A stretch of DNA of 63,160 nucleotides, filler included, from Circinaria calcarea (GCA_051942165.1; 27 parts of 27 records of this genome joined end to end with filler, not necessarily neighbours in it), one strand, 5' to 3'; counted from the whole stretch's first letter, positions 47,638 through 60,790 are shown. A program made the numbers and translations. The notes: a model not told the origin generated them from the sequence alone.

Positions 47638-49155
47638 TCACTGCAACAGAGGATCCCGAAAATGTTTCTGGCTGTTCCCTCTCTTATCAATACCCCATTG
47701 GTACTGATTCTGCGCGCGCTGGACGGCCCTGCGATCCCTCTTTTCTACGGCCTTGACCTCACGTTTCTTAGCGTCCGATACACCCAGCATTCCCAAGCCA
47801 CCGTTTGCACGTGTAACAACCAACCGGTTCGGCGGTATTTCGTCAACGTGCATCTCTCCATCGGCTGACCCGTTTGCCAGAAGACGACCCTCGATCCGTT
47901 CGTCAGAGGTAGGATGATTGTGGAGGTTCTGGCGGTAGTACCGAGATAATGAACGATGCCCGGCGGTACGACCTGAAGGTAAATGAAGCTCATAGTCGGA
48001 ATGAAATGCAGCATGATGGGAATGTGCATGGGAGTGGAACCCGTCCACGGTTTTGTGGCGGCGAGGATCGGTGTGAGAATGATGACGATGCATCGGAAGT
48101 CGATCAAAGGCATGATCATGGTCAATAGGAAGGGCGTGCAAATCTTCCGAGTCCAAGGAAGCAGAGCTGTCGGTCTCCCAGCCGTCTACGTTCTCCCCGC
48201 CATCTGGCATTTCTGAATCGCCTTGACTGTCGACTACTGTTTGAGTTTCGGAGCGTTTGGACCCAAGCTTTACTCCGCCACTCGTTCCTGGCTTGACGTC
48301 ATCCATGTCTGTATCCTCATCATCATCCTCATCTGAATATGTACTTCTGAAGTCATAAAATTGACCAATTTCAATCATTTCCTCCTCGGAATCGAACGCA
48401 ATCATACAGTGTCCTTTGTCTCGCATATGAGTTTGAATCCCGCCTATCGAACTCTTGATCTTGTGACAGAAGAGACACTCATGGTTTTCCACGATTTTGG
48501 CTTGTAGGTAGCTGATAAGGCCTTCGATGTCAACCAGGTATGGCTGTTCCGGAATGAACATGCCGTGAAACTTTGTCATATGCATGATATTGAGTTTGAG
48601 GGTTGGAGATTTATAACCACAGAAAAGGCACCGAAGCAGGGGTGCGTCTTCAGTAGATTCTTCAGGACTGACCGTTACCGAAGTACTGTTCCCAGTAGTA
48701 GTGGCGGATAACGGATGTTCCGGGCGTTCTTCGTTCGAGGAATGATGCGGTCTTGAAGGACGACGAGACACAGACTCTTGGTCCTCTAAATTTGTCTCTT
48801 TAATTCCGTTGATAACTGCAGAAAACTCCGCTTCTGCCTCCGGATATTGCTCTAGGGGTCTGGACTTTTCTACCGGCTCCCCTAAAGATACGGTTGAGCT
48901 CATGATGGAACTCGTCCCATCATCCATTGCCGGGCCTTCGCCACTTTGTATCGAAGCTATTCGAGCCCGGTGCTTCTGGCTGCCAAGGTGATTTTGATAT
49001 GCGTTTTCACTGTAGTAAGTTTTTTGACAAGCGGTACATGATCTCTCGAACGAAGCTTTGGCGGCTGCAGCAGAGGAAGTTGCTTGGGCGCTGAGTACCT
49101 TCTCTGCAAAGGTTTCCGACGACAACGGAGGCAAAGACGCAACTCTTCGTTTTAG
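47638..49155 (-). CDS. REI1: Pre-60S maturation factor Rei1/Reh1 (ZNF622 family), 5' partial
   Basis: LKRRVASLPPL, three C2H2 fingers, HMRDKGHC, ELHLPSGRTAGHRSL.RYYRQN and QKHFRDPLLQ*. Confidence 0.93.
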   Translation of the reverse strand, partial: LKRRVASLPPLSSETFAEKVLSAQATSSAAAAKASFERSCTACQKTYYSENAYQNHLGSQKHRARIASIQSGEGPAMDDGTSSIMSSTVSLGEPVEKSRPLEQYPEAEAEFSAVINGIKETNLEDQESVSRRPSRPHHSSNEERPEHPLSATTTGNSTSVTVSPEESTEDAPLLRCLFCGYKSPTLKLNIMHMTKFHGMFIPEQPYLVDIEGLISYLQAKIVENHECLFCHKIKSSIGGIQTHMRDKGHCMIAFDSEEEMIEIGQFYDFRSTYSDEDDDEDTDMDDVKPGTSGGVKLGSKRSETQTVVDSQGDSEMPDGGENVDGWETDSSASLDSEDLHALPIDHDHAFDRLPMHRHHSHTDPRRHKTVDGFHSHAHSHHAAFHSDYELHLPSGRTAGHRSLSRYYRQNLHNHPTSDERIEGRLLANGSADGEMHVDEIPPNRLVVTRANGGLGMLGVSDAKKREVKAVEKRDRRAVQRAQNQYQWGIDKRGNSQKHFRDPLLQ

Positions 49156-49255
49156 NNNNNNNNNNNNNNNNNNNNNNNNNNNNNNNNNNNNNNNNNNNNT
49201 TAATTAATTAANNNNNNNNNNNNNNNNNNNNNNNNNNNNNNNNNNNNNNNNNNNN

Positions 49256-50094
49256 CTACAAGGGCTCCAAGACGCCCAATCAGGGATCTAATAAAGTACA
49301 AGATAACAATAGAGATGGTAGGAAGTACTGATGCAAGTATGGCGCTCATAACTCGAGCAGTGTCTGCAATCTTCGAGTCCTCATAGTTCACCAATCCCAG
49401 GGGTCCACTGACTGGTGCCAATTTCTAACTAGAGGATTAGCTGGGAGTTGAAAACAATTGAGGATATGCAAATGATATAACTTAATCCTACCATAACACG
49501 CCATCCAACCAGCTGATGGAATCTTGGAATCACGGTGTTAGCAAGCCATTGTGTAAAGCGGTCGCCTTCGTGAGGTTGGGTTGAAAGAGCTATAAGATCG
49601 GCGCTCGCTTCTTCATTCCATGCCTTCGACTCGAGTCCGCTGAGGAATCCGTCGCCGCAGCCTTCTTTGGATAGCCAATCGCGGAGAATCTCCAAGTTGC
49701 ACTTTTCTGCTTTATCGAGCTTGCTTATCCGCGACTGAACGAGCAAGGCTTGGTCTAGTGAATCAATGAGCCCAAATTTACCTTCATCATGCCTTCGAAA
49801 CACACTGTACTCCTTTAGCATTGTTCGTAACTCTAATATTTTTTGCCATTGCAAGTTGTTTGCTCCAGGTTCACGGAGCCTCCATATCTCCTTCGAGAAG
49901 AGCTTTTCTTCTGCTGTTCCCGATTGGGCGTCGATCTTGGCGATACTCTTCAAGTCTGCTTCCATGATCAAAATCTCTGCTTGCATATACGCCAGGTTTA
50001 GGGCATTGAGCTCTGCAAACTTTCGGTAGATCGCCATACCAGTATAAGGGCCCATAAGAGCAGAAAGCTGTGGGTAGCCCTTTTGGAGTGACAT
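49256..50094 (-). CDS. DUF6594-domain protein, multi-exon, 3' partial
   Basis: GYPQLSALMG..AIYRKFAELNALNLAYMQAEI, DLIAL and the C-terminal TM LASVLPTISIVILYF. Confidence 0.85.
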
Positions 50095-53000
50095 TTTGTC
50101 CCGAAATGTCGTCTAATATGGCGATGTTCGCCAGGCGTGCGTTCAAGCAGAACAGAATGCTAGAAAAAGTAGAAGCGGCTAGACGATTCAAGCAGCAACA
50201 ACTCGACAGCAGCCTTTACCTTGTTGCCCGATCCTATTCTGTGATGGTGAATGGAGTCGACGTACGTATCACAGTCGATAACTGAGCACGTTGATTGGTT
50301 CAGTCGTCGAGGACCCCGCTCTGTTCACAGCCTCGTTGTTCAGCCTAGCGACTTCAGTTCCAAGTATCGTAGCATGAAGAGAGGAGAATTTCGTGGCTTC
50401 TATATTTTAACCAGCTACCTCGCAATATTGACCCGGTTTACTTGAATCTATCCTGTTTTCAACATGGCTAGTTACGTTGAACAGGAGATGGTTGTAGGAC
50501 GCAACATCGAGGGTATAGTTGAACACAAGCTGTTTGTAGGGCGCAAAGTCGAGGGTACTATCATACTCGTAACTTTTGTTCCTGGTCTATCATCTGACTT
50601 GCTTAAAGGAACGGCAATCGAAGATGTACAGCGTCGTCGGAGCCAGGATCAGCGGAATCAAGCGCGTATTGAGGAGCAAGAAAGGGAACTTGAAGGACTT
50701 TACATGCAACGACGCTCTTATCATGAATGTATCCATGATCGTCAGAGGATACAGGGTATAGATCAAGGTGAGGGGAATCGATGTCTAAGGAGATGCAAAT
50801 GCCTAGGCAATTACTCGAATTGGACGCTTTACTAAGACGTTGTACCTAGCTTGTCAGAGAGAAGAGTGTCGTATGTGGCGGACGTATTATAGCTAGAAAT
50901 GAACGAGGACCTTCGACATTGGAATCATAGCTCGTCGAATGAGACAAGAACTGTGAACGTAGAGAAGTTCGATTGAGAACAGATTATTTTAAGATAATGA
51001 GAACGGAGCACCCCTTGTACACTGATTGTTTTTAATCAGTGACGATTTTTGTACACCTGGCCTCGTAGTTGTGGATTTGTTACCCACTCTCTTTTCAAAC
51101 AGACCTTCACCATTCAGCCAGAGACAATCTGAGTTTGACTGTGCGGTGGGCATCATAAGGGATCCTAATCGGGTAATACTCTTCGTGATACTTTTAGCCT
51201 TCGAGCCGAGCTTGGCCCAATGAGGGAATCTAAGCATGAACCAGTCACAGCAAAGTCGGTGCACGGGCACATGCATTTTTCTACGTATAATTAAGCTTCA
51301 CGCTACATTTAGTGCACTATTCTCCGCAAAATCGCAATTGAGTTCTCTGATCGTCATACGAGCCATTGCATGTACAACGCACTCATCTAACTTCTTATTT
51401 CGGAATCATGACTGATCTTCTCTTCATCTAGCTGTCTATCTCTCTTCACCATTCATTGGAGCTTGCTGACCAGAGCTACGAGCTGAGTACNNNNNNNNNN
51501 NNNNNNNNNNNNNNNNNNNNNNNNNNNNNNNNNNTTAATTAATTAANNNNNNNNNNNNNNNNNNNNNNNNNNNNNNNNNNNNNNNNNNNNACCTTTCACT
51601 CGCACATTTCTTCTTCTGTAATGATTAATTCCCTACAGTCTCACATAAATGCATTCACGCTTCGATTATTAAACTTAAAATACCAAGGGAAAAAAAGAGT
51701 CGCCAAGAAAAAAATATTATAATCACGCCAGCGCTTTAAAAAAATAAATCCCTAACCCTTTTTTTTGCGGCTTGCAGTTTTCGATATATTCACCAAATAT
51801 TATTGGTGGTGGAGGCAGCAAAGTAAAGCTAGACTAGAAAGAAAGGGAACGGGATTTTGTCATTGAAGTCGGTACCATACGGGCGCACGCTTAGAAGGGA
51901 CTCCGGGGGCATATCCTACGCACATACACGCACCCCCCCATACCAAGTCCCAGCAATAAAAATACTACCTACCTTATTGAAATCCTTTTTTATTTTTATT
52001 TTCATGACTACATCACCTCCGTCACCCTCCCTCCTCCATAACCGCGCAAAATTGGCACTACACTACACTATAGCGCAGCAGTCAGTCAGTCAGTCAGTCA
52101 AGTTCGTGCTGCTGTATATATAGTAGACCTGTATATGTACCCTCTGAAATTTTTCCTCACTTAACATATTTCGAGTGCCCCTCGAAAATCGTATTTCTCT
52201 CGATGGGGCGGTCTTTTTTTTGCGCCCTATGTATGTATATATATCTTAGGAGCATAGCGGGGTGGGCTAGCCACTGCCATCCTATATATCTATCCTTTTC
52301 AAAATTTTGTATCCCCGACGGGGGAATTTTTTTGTGTTTTTTGGTTTTTTGGTTTTTTTTCCCCGCGAAACAGAAGCGGTACAGAAGCGGTACACTTACC
52401 ATATGGTAGGTAGGGCTGGCCAGGTACCATAGTAGTCCAGACGACGAAACTAACCAATTTATCCATCTTGACACATCTAAACACGTATGCGGAAATGTTT
52501 TTTGCCGAGACGAAAATGAGGCGTCTTGATTTGGGATAACACATAATTACATAACGCGTTTAATCTCGATGGGACGTGTGCACGCAGATCCTTTATTGAT
52601 TCTTCCATCGTAAACTGGAATAAATGCATGCATGTAGATCTTGGAACGGGTCTCCTTAACAGTCAAGGACTACTGGTAGCCCCTGGGTACACCGGACGTA
52701 GGACGTAGGACGTAGGGAATTAAGAAGATAAGGGTACGGGCTACGGAATTGATCCTTCGCTGTTGAGAAACTTGAGATGCGGCAGGCGCCAAACGTGAGG
52801 ACTGCATAGTGATTAAGTGTGGAAGTTGTGAAGACTAGATTTGATGACTCAATAAAGGCGATACCTAGTGGGTATTATGTACAGGAAAATAACCTTGCCT
52901 TTAAGAAGGCTTTTTGGTGAGACACGACCCTGCATGCATCTCATAACCAACCGGGACTCCATTCTAGAAGACAAAGATCCCACCGAGCCCTTATCTCCCC

Positions 53001-53113
53001 TTTTCGGATTTTGATGTTCACGAAAAGACAGAATTCCTTCATACCAAAAACAGCCAAGCTTTCTTAAACGAGAAAAAAGGCAGTAGATAAAAACTGAGAA
53101 TGATGATTTTTCA

Positions 53114-53825
53114 TTATTCATTGCTACTAACGTCCTCGGCGGCCACTGGCTTAGGAGGCGTTGGCGCAAATTTACTTTTCGTCCTAATCCTGGCACCATA
53201 TTTGTAGAAAATAACCGGTATAGGAACGAGTATAACCGCGATACAGCCAAGTAGTGTACCTGCCCAGTTGACACCAAGAGCCTCAAACATGTACTGGGAA
53301 AAGAGGGGAAAGGCTGCACCAGCAAGGGATCGTAGAAAGGTGTTTGCGGCAATAGCGGACGCGGCACTGTCAGACTAGCTATTAGTAACCTTGTATCGTG
53401 AAAAGGATGCAGGAGGTAGAAAAGATCCCGACTCACAATAACAGATAGGCATCAACAATATAGTTGAGAGCTTGGAGAAAGATGGCAAGTAGCCCAAACC
53501 CGGTTAATATACCGGAAAGCGTAGGTACAATCCAGTGAATATCTGCTCTATAACCTGACCAGCCGAACCAGAACAATCCACAGGCGAATGAGATGCCACC
53601 ATAAATAACAAACGGAAGTCGCCACTCAGGGATGGGAATATTATTGTTCGCTTCAAGCTTCCTATTGTATGCAGGCTGAGTAAAAGCGATAGCCAGACCT
53701 GCAATAAGCTGTCCAATAATCATACCAAAGTATGGTAAACCACCAACACCAGGACTGAAGCCGTGAATTTGCTGAAACACAATCGGATAGGCCGTCAGGA
53801 ACAAGTAGAGGAGTCCGTAGATAAA
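53114..53825 (-). CDS. MFS DHA1-type multidrug/polyamine transporter, 5' partial
   Basis: PEWRLP, HWIVP, NYIVDAY; intron 53367-53436; AASAIAANTFLRS and YGARIR. Confidence 0.93.
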
Positions 53826-53925
53826 NNNNNNNNNNNNNNNNNNNNNNNNNNNNNNNNNNNNNNNNNNNNTTAATTAATTAANNNNNNNNNNNNNNNNNNN
53901 NNNNNNNNNNNNNNNNNNNNNNNNN

Positions 53926-54469
53926 CCCCCCACCCTTTTCCCTTCCCCTTCTGCTCCTCCAACTTCTTCGCCTCCAACGGGCCCAAATCCCCCCTCTCCA
54001 CGCGGTTGAAGCCCTCCTTTGAGGACAGCTCCCCGACACCACCCAACAAGCCTCCTTTACCGAACTGGCCACCCACACCCTCGGCGAGACCGTCGGTGAC
54101 GGCGCCGATGTTCTTGTCGCCGGTCACGTTGACGGATTTGAGGTTTTCTGGAACGCAGGGGGAGGGTGTTAGTTGGGTTGTTGAAGGAGAAAAGAAGTGT
54201 AGGAAGGGAGGAGGAGGATGGGCGAGGAGGCAAAGGGGGAAGAACTACCTTTGGCTGTGTAGGAGGTTTTGTTCTCGCCGAACCACTGAAGGTATTTATC
54301 TTCTATCCAGGGCATGTCTGGTGTAGAAGTCAGCCGCGGGGACGATCGAAGGTGAGTATGGAGAGGATTCTTCCTGGGTAAAGGCGCAACTGGGAGGTAG
54401 GACGGACGGACTCGGAAAACACTCACAGTAATTGTAGTTTTCATTGTACTTGTTCTTGGCCCACTCCAT
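53926..54469 (-). CDS. Conserved-looking small Gly-rich hypothetical protein, 3' partial
   Basis: Exons 54427-54469, 54249-54317 and 53926-54147 splice in frame to MEWAKNKYNENYNYYMPWIEDKYLQWFGENKTSYTAKENL...SKEGFNRVERG. Confidence 0.75.
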
Positions 54470-55357
54470 GCTTGTTGTATTGTCGAATATAAATAGCAAT
54501 ATACAAGTATCGACGATATATCTTGGTTGCGAAGAGAATACTGTGGGAATAAGTGGCAGAAATGTATGAAGAAGTCTGGAAGGCGATCATGCGGAGGATC
54601 TCATGTTTACATCAGGGGGTGAAATGACGTAGAGCAATGCTCCGTAGGGCTTTGGCCTTATCGGCCAGCGGGGGCCTTTCCTTGTTCTCTGCCCCGAAGC
54701 TCGTCATGCGCGCGCCACAACCAAGAAGAGAGGGAAAACTTGACACGCTGCCATGAGATGATAGGGACCAGAAAATGCGCCAGTAATGGAGATGATGGGG
54801 CTCTTCAGGGAAAGCGTCGGTTTCTATGATTAGACGAGTATCAATAGGGCAATGTGGCTCTTGAGGTGTAGAAATTAGTCACGTGCACTCTTGTGGGTGC
54901 TTACCATATGTAATATGCCCTGGTCTATTTAGTATATAGAGGTCTAAATCGATCACCATTACACAAGACTCGCGAATCTTGACAAGTAATGCGCCACATT
55001 CAACGAACCTATTTCCCAACCTCAATCCTCTACATTGGTCGATCAAGGACGTTGCCGCTTAACACCACGTCGCCACAGGCATCGGTTGTAGCTACTTTAT
55101 AGAATTTTACAAAGACACACCGTTGGGATGATCTCATGAGGTTATAGAATCTATCCCTTTCGTATACTACATTCATTCGTTCTTCATGTCATCCATGTCA
55201 TGGTCACATATCCTCCAAAAACCCAAAGACTATGACTGACCTTAGATTCTTCATTTCACAAGTCGGGATCTGGCAGAAAGGGAGCTTCAGTATTTGTGGA
55301 CGTTGCAATTGGTGGTTTAGCAATGGGGATGCTCGCAATGACGAACCTAGCCAGCGC

Positions 55358-56160
55358 TCACAAGTGTTTGTGGCTAGACATAGTCAGCTAGCCCAAGGAT
55401 AAGTCAGAAAGCGGACAAGGCACTCACAAGAAGTCGAGGACAATTGAATATCCTCGCTCGTATTCCTCCTTCACCCGTGGGTTGTTCAGGTCAGCACTAT
55501 TGAGGAGTCTTAGTCTCCCGATTTTCCAGTCAGGCAAAGGTATGGGGTAAGCGTACCGAGCAGCCATCCAGCCCTACGGACTCGACATTAGCAAACTTCC
55601 CCTAAACTGCCATTCGGCGTACCCACGTGAATTTGATCGCCAAAAGTTTCCACATGATTCTCCACCTTGAGTCCCTCCTTGAATTTCTTGACATCGTCCG
55701 GGTTTTCATCCTTTGATGCTAGCATACACAGCGGTACCGTGATTCTCCCAGCATCAGATGGGTCAACCATTGCGGGATGAACTTCGGCAACAGCACTGAA
55801 TGGTGTGCCAGGCCCCGACGTCAAAGATAAAATCTACCCATTGTCAGTCCCAAGTCCCGGCTGCAGCACCACAGCAGACGTTGAACGGACTTTTCCACCC
55901 CAACACATGCCCAATGCTCCCCATTTCTGAATTATTCCACCAGTCTTCTCCGTAATCTCTTTTACAATCCCAGGGACCTTCTCCGCGTTCTTAGGCGGAG
56001 CAGCAGCTGCTTGGAAGAAAGCGCCTAGCTTTTCCCACTTCTCTTGATTGTCGGGCGGGTACCAAGACAGGTCGGCTGATTTGCCAAAGAAGAAGTCGGG
56101 TATAAAGACTTGGTATTGATGGTGTTCGTCGTCGGCGTGGGCAAGGATGTCAGCACCCTC
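55358..56160 (-). CDS. Dienelactone hydrolase family protein, multi-exon, 5' partial
   Basis: PDFF, nucleophile motif GMCWGGK, HPAM and HGWMAAR. Confidence 0.92.
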
Positions 56161-57080
56161 NNNNNNNNNNNNNNNNNNNNNNNNNNNNNNNNNNNNNNNN
56201 NNNNTTAATTAATTAANNNNNNNNNNNNNNNNNNNNNNNNNNNNNNNNNNNNNNNNNNNNAAAAAGGCTGGATGAATTCCTCAGACTGCGCTTTCGCGCG
56301 CACGTTATTTTTAGCATCTACTAACTATATATGGACATTCCGAAAAATACGCGGCAGCGAAGCAAAAGCAGTCTGAGTTTCTGAGACAAGTCCAGATCGT
56401 ATTTCTTCTCGGGATAGGACTCATTCTTTAGGTTGCAAAGTCCGGTCCAGTTCTGGTACTCGGCAATAACTTGCTATGAAGAGTGGTGAGCTGCGTCTAC
56501 TGTGATGCATCTTGATCAAAACGACAGCGAGTATTTCATATCTTTTCTGAGCTGATTTGTGACCCATACCTTGCTAACTTCATTTGTGTATGGTATGTTG
56601 GTCTTCTTGCCTGGGTGTATTTCTTCGATGGGGAATTTGCCAAAAGATTTGAGGTCTTAAGAGTCCTCTATTCCTAGGTATAATTTCCTAGTTGGTACCT
56701 CTCACCTCATCACTTAGGTATATGACTTTTCAAGTCGAGATTTTCAGAAGTTACAATACCTAGAACTGGATGCTGTAGGTAGAACTACGTCATCGGAAAT
56801 ATAAATCTACGGAGTTTGGACCTTCTTCTACGGAGTACCAACCGCATCTGATTTTCTTGTGTAACCACACTCGCAGGCAGCCGCCCGCTCGTTGAGTCAG
56901 TCAGTATGATTGGCTCTAAAGTTGTTTTCATGCACGTCCGATGCCAGTATCACATTGGGCCCAGCACTGCAGCAGTCGCGGCGTTGTTGTTGCGATGTCT
57001 TTCTCCTGGATACGTCCCAACATGCAGAACAATATTGTCCTTCACAAATCCTGTGTTGATTCGATATTGCAAATGGCAAT

Positions 57081-58495
57081 ATGCCACTCGACAGCCAATT
57101 CTCTCTTTCGTTGGAGCTTAGCAAGATCATCCCTTTCAGCTCAGCCCTCAATGCCGCCAGCCGTGGCATGCTCCATCTCGTGAGAGAATTCCAAAACTCG
57201 GGCTCTGATGTCGTGACCGAGTATGACCTGGCAGAGGTCTTTGGAAGGAACTTTATTGCTCCACGCTTTGCCAGTACCTTTCGGACCGCTGTCAAGACCT
57301 CCATTAGCCACCGGCTGTCCAATATTGCAGAACTTGTCCTCGAAGCCGGAGCCGGGCCGACAGTCAAGCGAGCCCTGAACGACTCTCTCTATTTCCCTAC
57401 AGTCGTGCAGTTGTCCCTACTGCTGTGGCCTCATGAAGTGGAGTCTCTGGCGAAGGCGTTGGCTAAGGCTTTCGAGCATAGAGCGCCCAAGCCAGCACGT
57501 AATATCCCTAGAATCGATTTGTTACGAGGGACATTAGAATGCATTCGTCAGCAAACAAGCGGGTTCATGTGGGAGTTCCTATTCGCCGCCGAGGAACAAC
57601 GTTTGAGTGATATTCTCGAGCTAACACAACCCTATGATGCCCGTCCGATCCCATATGTCGTTCTTGAGCCACTCCTTGATGCGTTGACCGCCATCCAGCG
57701 GATACCTGATCAGTACTATCTTCAGGTTAGAACGGCCCAAGGAACAGTCACCTTGGTAATATGGGCTCATCATGTGCTCGGATTGACTATAGAGGTTCGA
57801 TCGAGTCGGGGTACTTTAAAGATTGGGAAGGAAGAGGTGAAGATGTCAATCGATTGCAGAGCAGACTGTCCTTCTCCAGAAGTGATACTGTTCAACGAGG
57901 CGAATGACATAACATTCCGAGCTGTTACAGAGCTAGGAGAGAAGGATCCGGTGCTCGAGCCTATATGTCGACATCCACTCCATGGCTACGGCTCGAGACT
58001 TATAGGCCTTGAGATACACGATAAATCTTTTTCACGCGACCTCGTCCTCCATACGGTTAATTCTGCCCTACGAATCGCAGAAGAGTGCAAGGCAGGACAG
58101 GAAAAAGGAGGGTTTGATGTCAGAGCTGACAGTCATGTTCCATCCAAAGAGCAAATCGTGGAGGTTTCAAGCATACTCTTTCCACAATTCGATGTCTCAC
58201 TGAGCGAACTAAACTCCTTGGCTCAGGAGACATGCATGCTTCGCTCAGATTGGAATCTCGCCACATTTCCAACTGCCTTCACGGAATACTTCTCTGCAAA
58301 CCGTGGTTCGAAGAAGTCCATAGAACGCCTAATGAAAACCTTGTGCCACATCATCCTTGCATTCACCATGGTAGACAACCCGGAAAGTTGTCAACGTGCG
58401 CCCTTCAATTTATATAATTTACCAATGGAAAGATTTCGAACAATTAACTGCCTAACTGCCCGGGAGGCCTTTGAAACGATAGCTATCATGCTTCT
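57081..58495 (+). CDS. Uncharacterised fungal protein, 3' partial
   Basis: Intronless ORF of more than 470 codons with globular composition; N-terminus QFSLSLELSK...SGSDVVTEYDLAEVFGR. Confidence 0.8.
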
Positions 58496-58600
58496 NNNNN
58501 NNNNNNNNNNNNNNNNNNNNNNNNNNNNNNNNNNNNNNNTTAATTAATTAANNNNNNNNNNNNNNNNNNNNNNNNNNNNNNNNNNNNNNNNNNNNATAAT

Positions 58601-60790
58601 ATGGATTCCATGTCTTTACCAGCTAGAAATCCTGCAATTTCTTCGTTAGCAGGCCACTCTCTCCAGAAGAAGGCTTCATGGCTACGCTTTGGACGTAAGA
58701 CGAAAAGCAACAATGCGATTTCTAAACATAACAGCGCATCGTTGAGCCCGACACCTGAATCTCGTCGTGGCAGGCGAGGCTTCGAGGATAATGCATACCA
58801 TAGCATCGACTTTTCTCTACCTGACAGTCTATCAGTACCGCCCATTGTACGAGCTGCGCAGGCTGGTTCTGTGGTAGAAGTGGAACAATTGCTCGACCGT
58901 GGCACAGATATAGATGCCCGTCACGAATCGACTGGAAAGAATGCCTTGGCAGTTGCTGCCCATTGCGGAAACGCTGAAGTGGTGAATCTTCTTCTGCAGT
59001 ACGGAGCAAAAGGTGGTCAGCGGGATGCCTCAGGCTCAACACCTCTGAACCTTGCTGCATCTAGGGGTCATGTTGTGGTACTTGGCTTGCTTCTTAGGGA
59101 TGGTGCACCTGTCGAGGAAAGAGACGTAGAGGAAAGAATACCTCTTTGGCTCGCTTGCCGCAATGGGCACCTCGAAGCTGCTCGGCTACTCCTCGATCAC
59201 AAAGCGAAGGTCAACGCCCGCGCTCAAGATCAGCAAACTGCCCTGCATATTGCCGCGAAAGGAGGCGATGCTGCAATGATTAATTTGCTCCTTGCTCACG
59301 GTGCTCATGTTGACGCCAAAGATGGCCAATTCATGGGTGCTTTACATCATGCATGTCAAGGGGGTCATGAGAGTGCCGTGAACGTCCTTCTGAGCAAGCG
59401 AGCAGAAATTGAAGCCCATGGCAAGGCCTTCCAGACCCCTCTGGTAACTGCAGCTTCTGCCGGGCATCTTCATATCGTCGAGCTATTGCTGAAGCGAAAG
59501 GCGTCTTTCAAAAACAAAGGCATGAATGCCCTTCACTGGGCTAGTCGAAATGGTCACGTTGAAGTTGTAGATTTTCTGATTTCTAAGAAGTTACCGTTGA
59601 ATGCCCCAAATGCTGACGGCAATACTCCACTCCATTTTGCCATTATCCACAAAAGGTTTGACGTCGTCGAGCTTCTGCTACGGAAGAAGGCCGAGCTGGA
59701 GATCCGATGCCACCGTTCCTACACTGCCTTACACTATGGCTGCGCTGCAAGAAATCCGGAGATTGTGGAGATGCTCCTTAGGTACAATGCTGAATTCGAA
59801 GCCCCTACCGCGGACAATGGCCGACCCCTCCATATTGCCATCACGCATGGTACACTGCGCATCGTTGAATTACTTCTTTCATGGGGTGCTAATTATGAGG
59901 TGCGAAATAAAGCCGAAGACCGCGCTTTGTGTCTGGCATGTTATCATGGCAATGTTGCCATTACTGAAGCATTGCTTAACGCCGGTGCACCTTTACGGTC
60001 CAAGTTCAGTAACAAGCCACGAAGTCACGAAGACAGCCCACTTTGTGTTGCGGCACGTCAAGGGCATCTAGAAATTTGTTCGCTCTTGATATCTCGAGGA
60101 GCCTCCGTTCGCCAGAATGATGAGCGTTTATGGCAGCCATTGCGATATGCAGCGCATTACGGTCATCCGGAAATTATTCAACTTCTACTGTCTCATGGCG
60201 CTAAAATTTCAAGTACCGGGCCAAGTGGAGGTTGGGGTTTCGATGTTACAGCTTCAAGGATTGGGTTTGCGCTCGATGTCGAGATTCCGCAACAACGTAA
60301 AGATGCTGTTTTGGCCCTCCTGCAGAATGCCGAAGAGCGTGAAAACGTTGCCAAGGAACGTGAAGCTAAGGCTCGTACCGTATTGCTTTTTCCTAATGAG
60401 AAGCAATCCAGCCCGTCCGAGTTGATAGGTTCATCACTTTCTGCTGCACGGACACCGCTGTGGCACCCGCAACAAGATAATCACACAACTTTTGGGTCCT
60501 CGCTAGACACTCTTCCATCACCCAACGCAACGACGACCGCAAGGAATCCAGAATCATCACGGGGTAATCCTAACAGACAAGCGGAAAGCCCTCCTCGTCC
60601 TGCACCGATGTCGGGATATAATAACAAGGACGAAACCTGTAATCCATCAACAGTTGCGGTAGAATTAAGTGCTGACCCATCTCCTAAATTACCTAGCGCA
60701 ACACCATTTGCATCTGATCTATCACCGATAAATTCCGCATTGGCCCCGCCATCAGCGAGTGACTACGTTGTTTCCGCAATTAGCGAGTGA
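58601..60790 (+). CDS. Ankyrin-repeat protein (about 14 repeats), probably 5' partial
   Basis: Recurrent T[PA]LHxAxxxG..V.LLL.GA units and an S/P-rich tail; the frame is open from the contig start. Confidence 0.93.
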   Translation: MDSMSLPARNPAISSLAGHSLQKKASWLRFGRKTKSNNAISKHNSASLSPTPESRRGRRGFEDNAYHSIDFSLPDSLSVPPIVRAAQAGSVVEVEQLLDRGTDIDARHESTGKNALAVAAHCGNAEVVNLLLQYGAKGGQRDASGSTPLNLAASRGHVVVLGLLLRDGAPVEERDVEERIPLWLACRNGHLEAARLLLDHKAKVNARAQDQQTALHIAAKGGDAAMINLLLAHGAHVDAKDGQFMGALHHACQGGHESAVNVLLSKRAEIEAHGKAFQTPLVTAASAGHLHIVELLLKRKASFKNKGMNALHWASRNGHVEVVDFLISKKLPLNAPNADGNTPLHFAIIHKRFDVVELLLRKKAELEIRCHRSYTALHYGCAARNPEIVEMLLRYNAEFEAPTADNGRPLHIAITHGTLRIVELLLSWGANYEVRNKAEDRALCLACYHGNVAITEALLNAGAPLRSKFSNKPRSHEDSPLCVAARQGHLEICSLLISRGASVRQNDERLWQPLRYAAHYGHPEIIQLLLSHGAKISSTGPSGGWGFDVTASRIGFALDVEIPQQRKDAVLALLQNAEERENVAKEREAKARTVLLFPNEKQSSPSELIGSSLSAARTPLWHPQQDNHTTFGSSLDTLPSPNATTTARNPESSRGNPNRQAESPPRPAPMSGYNNKDETCNPSTVAVELSADPSPKLPSATPFASDLSPINSALAPPSASDYVVSAISE

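Noticed and set aside
52849..53436. Apparent frameshift in the MFS transporter 3' end
   Set aside because: Resolved by intron 53367-53436; the last exon reads cleanly to TAA at 53114-53116.
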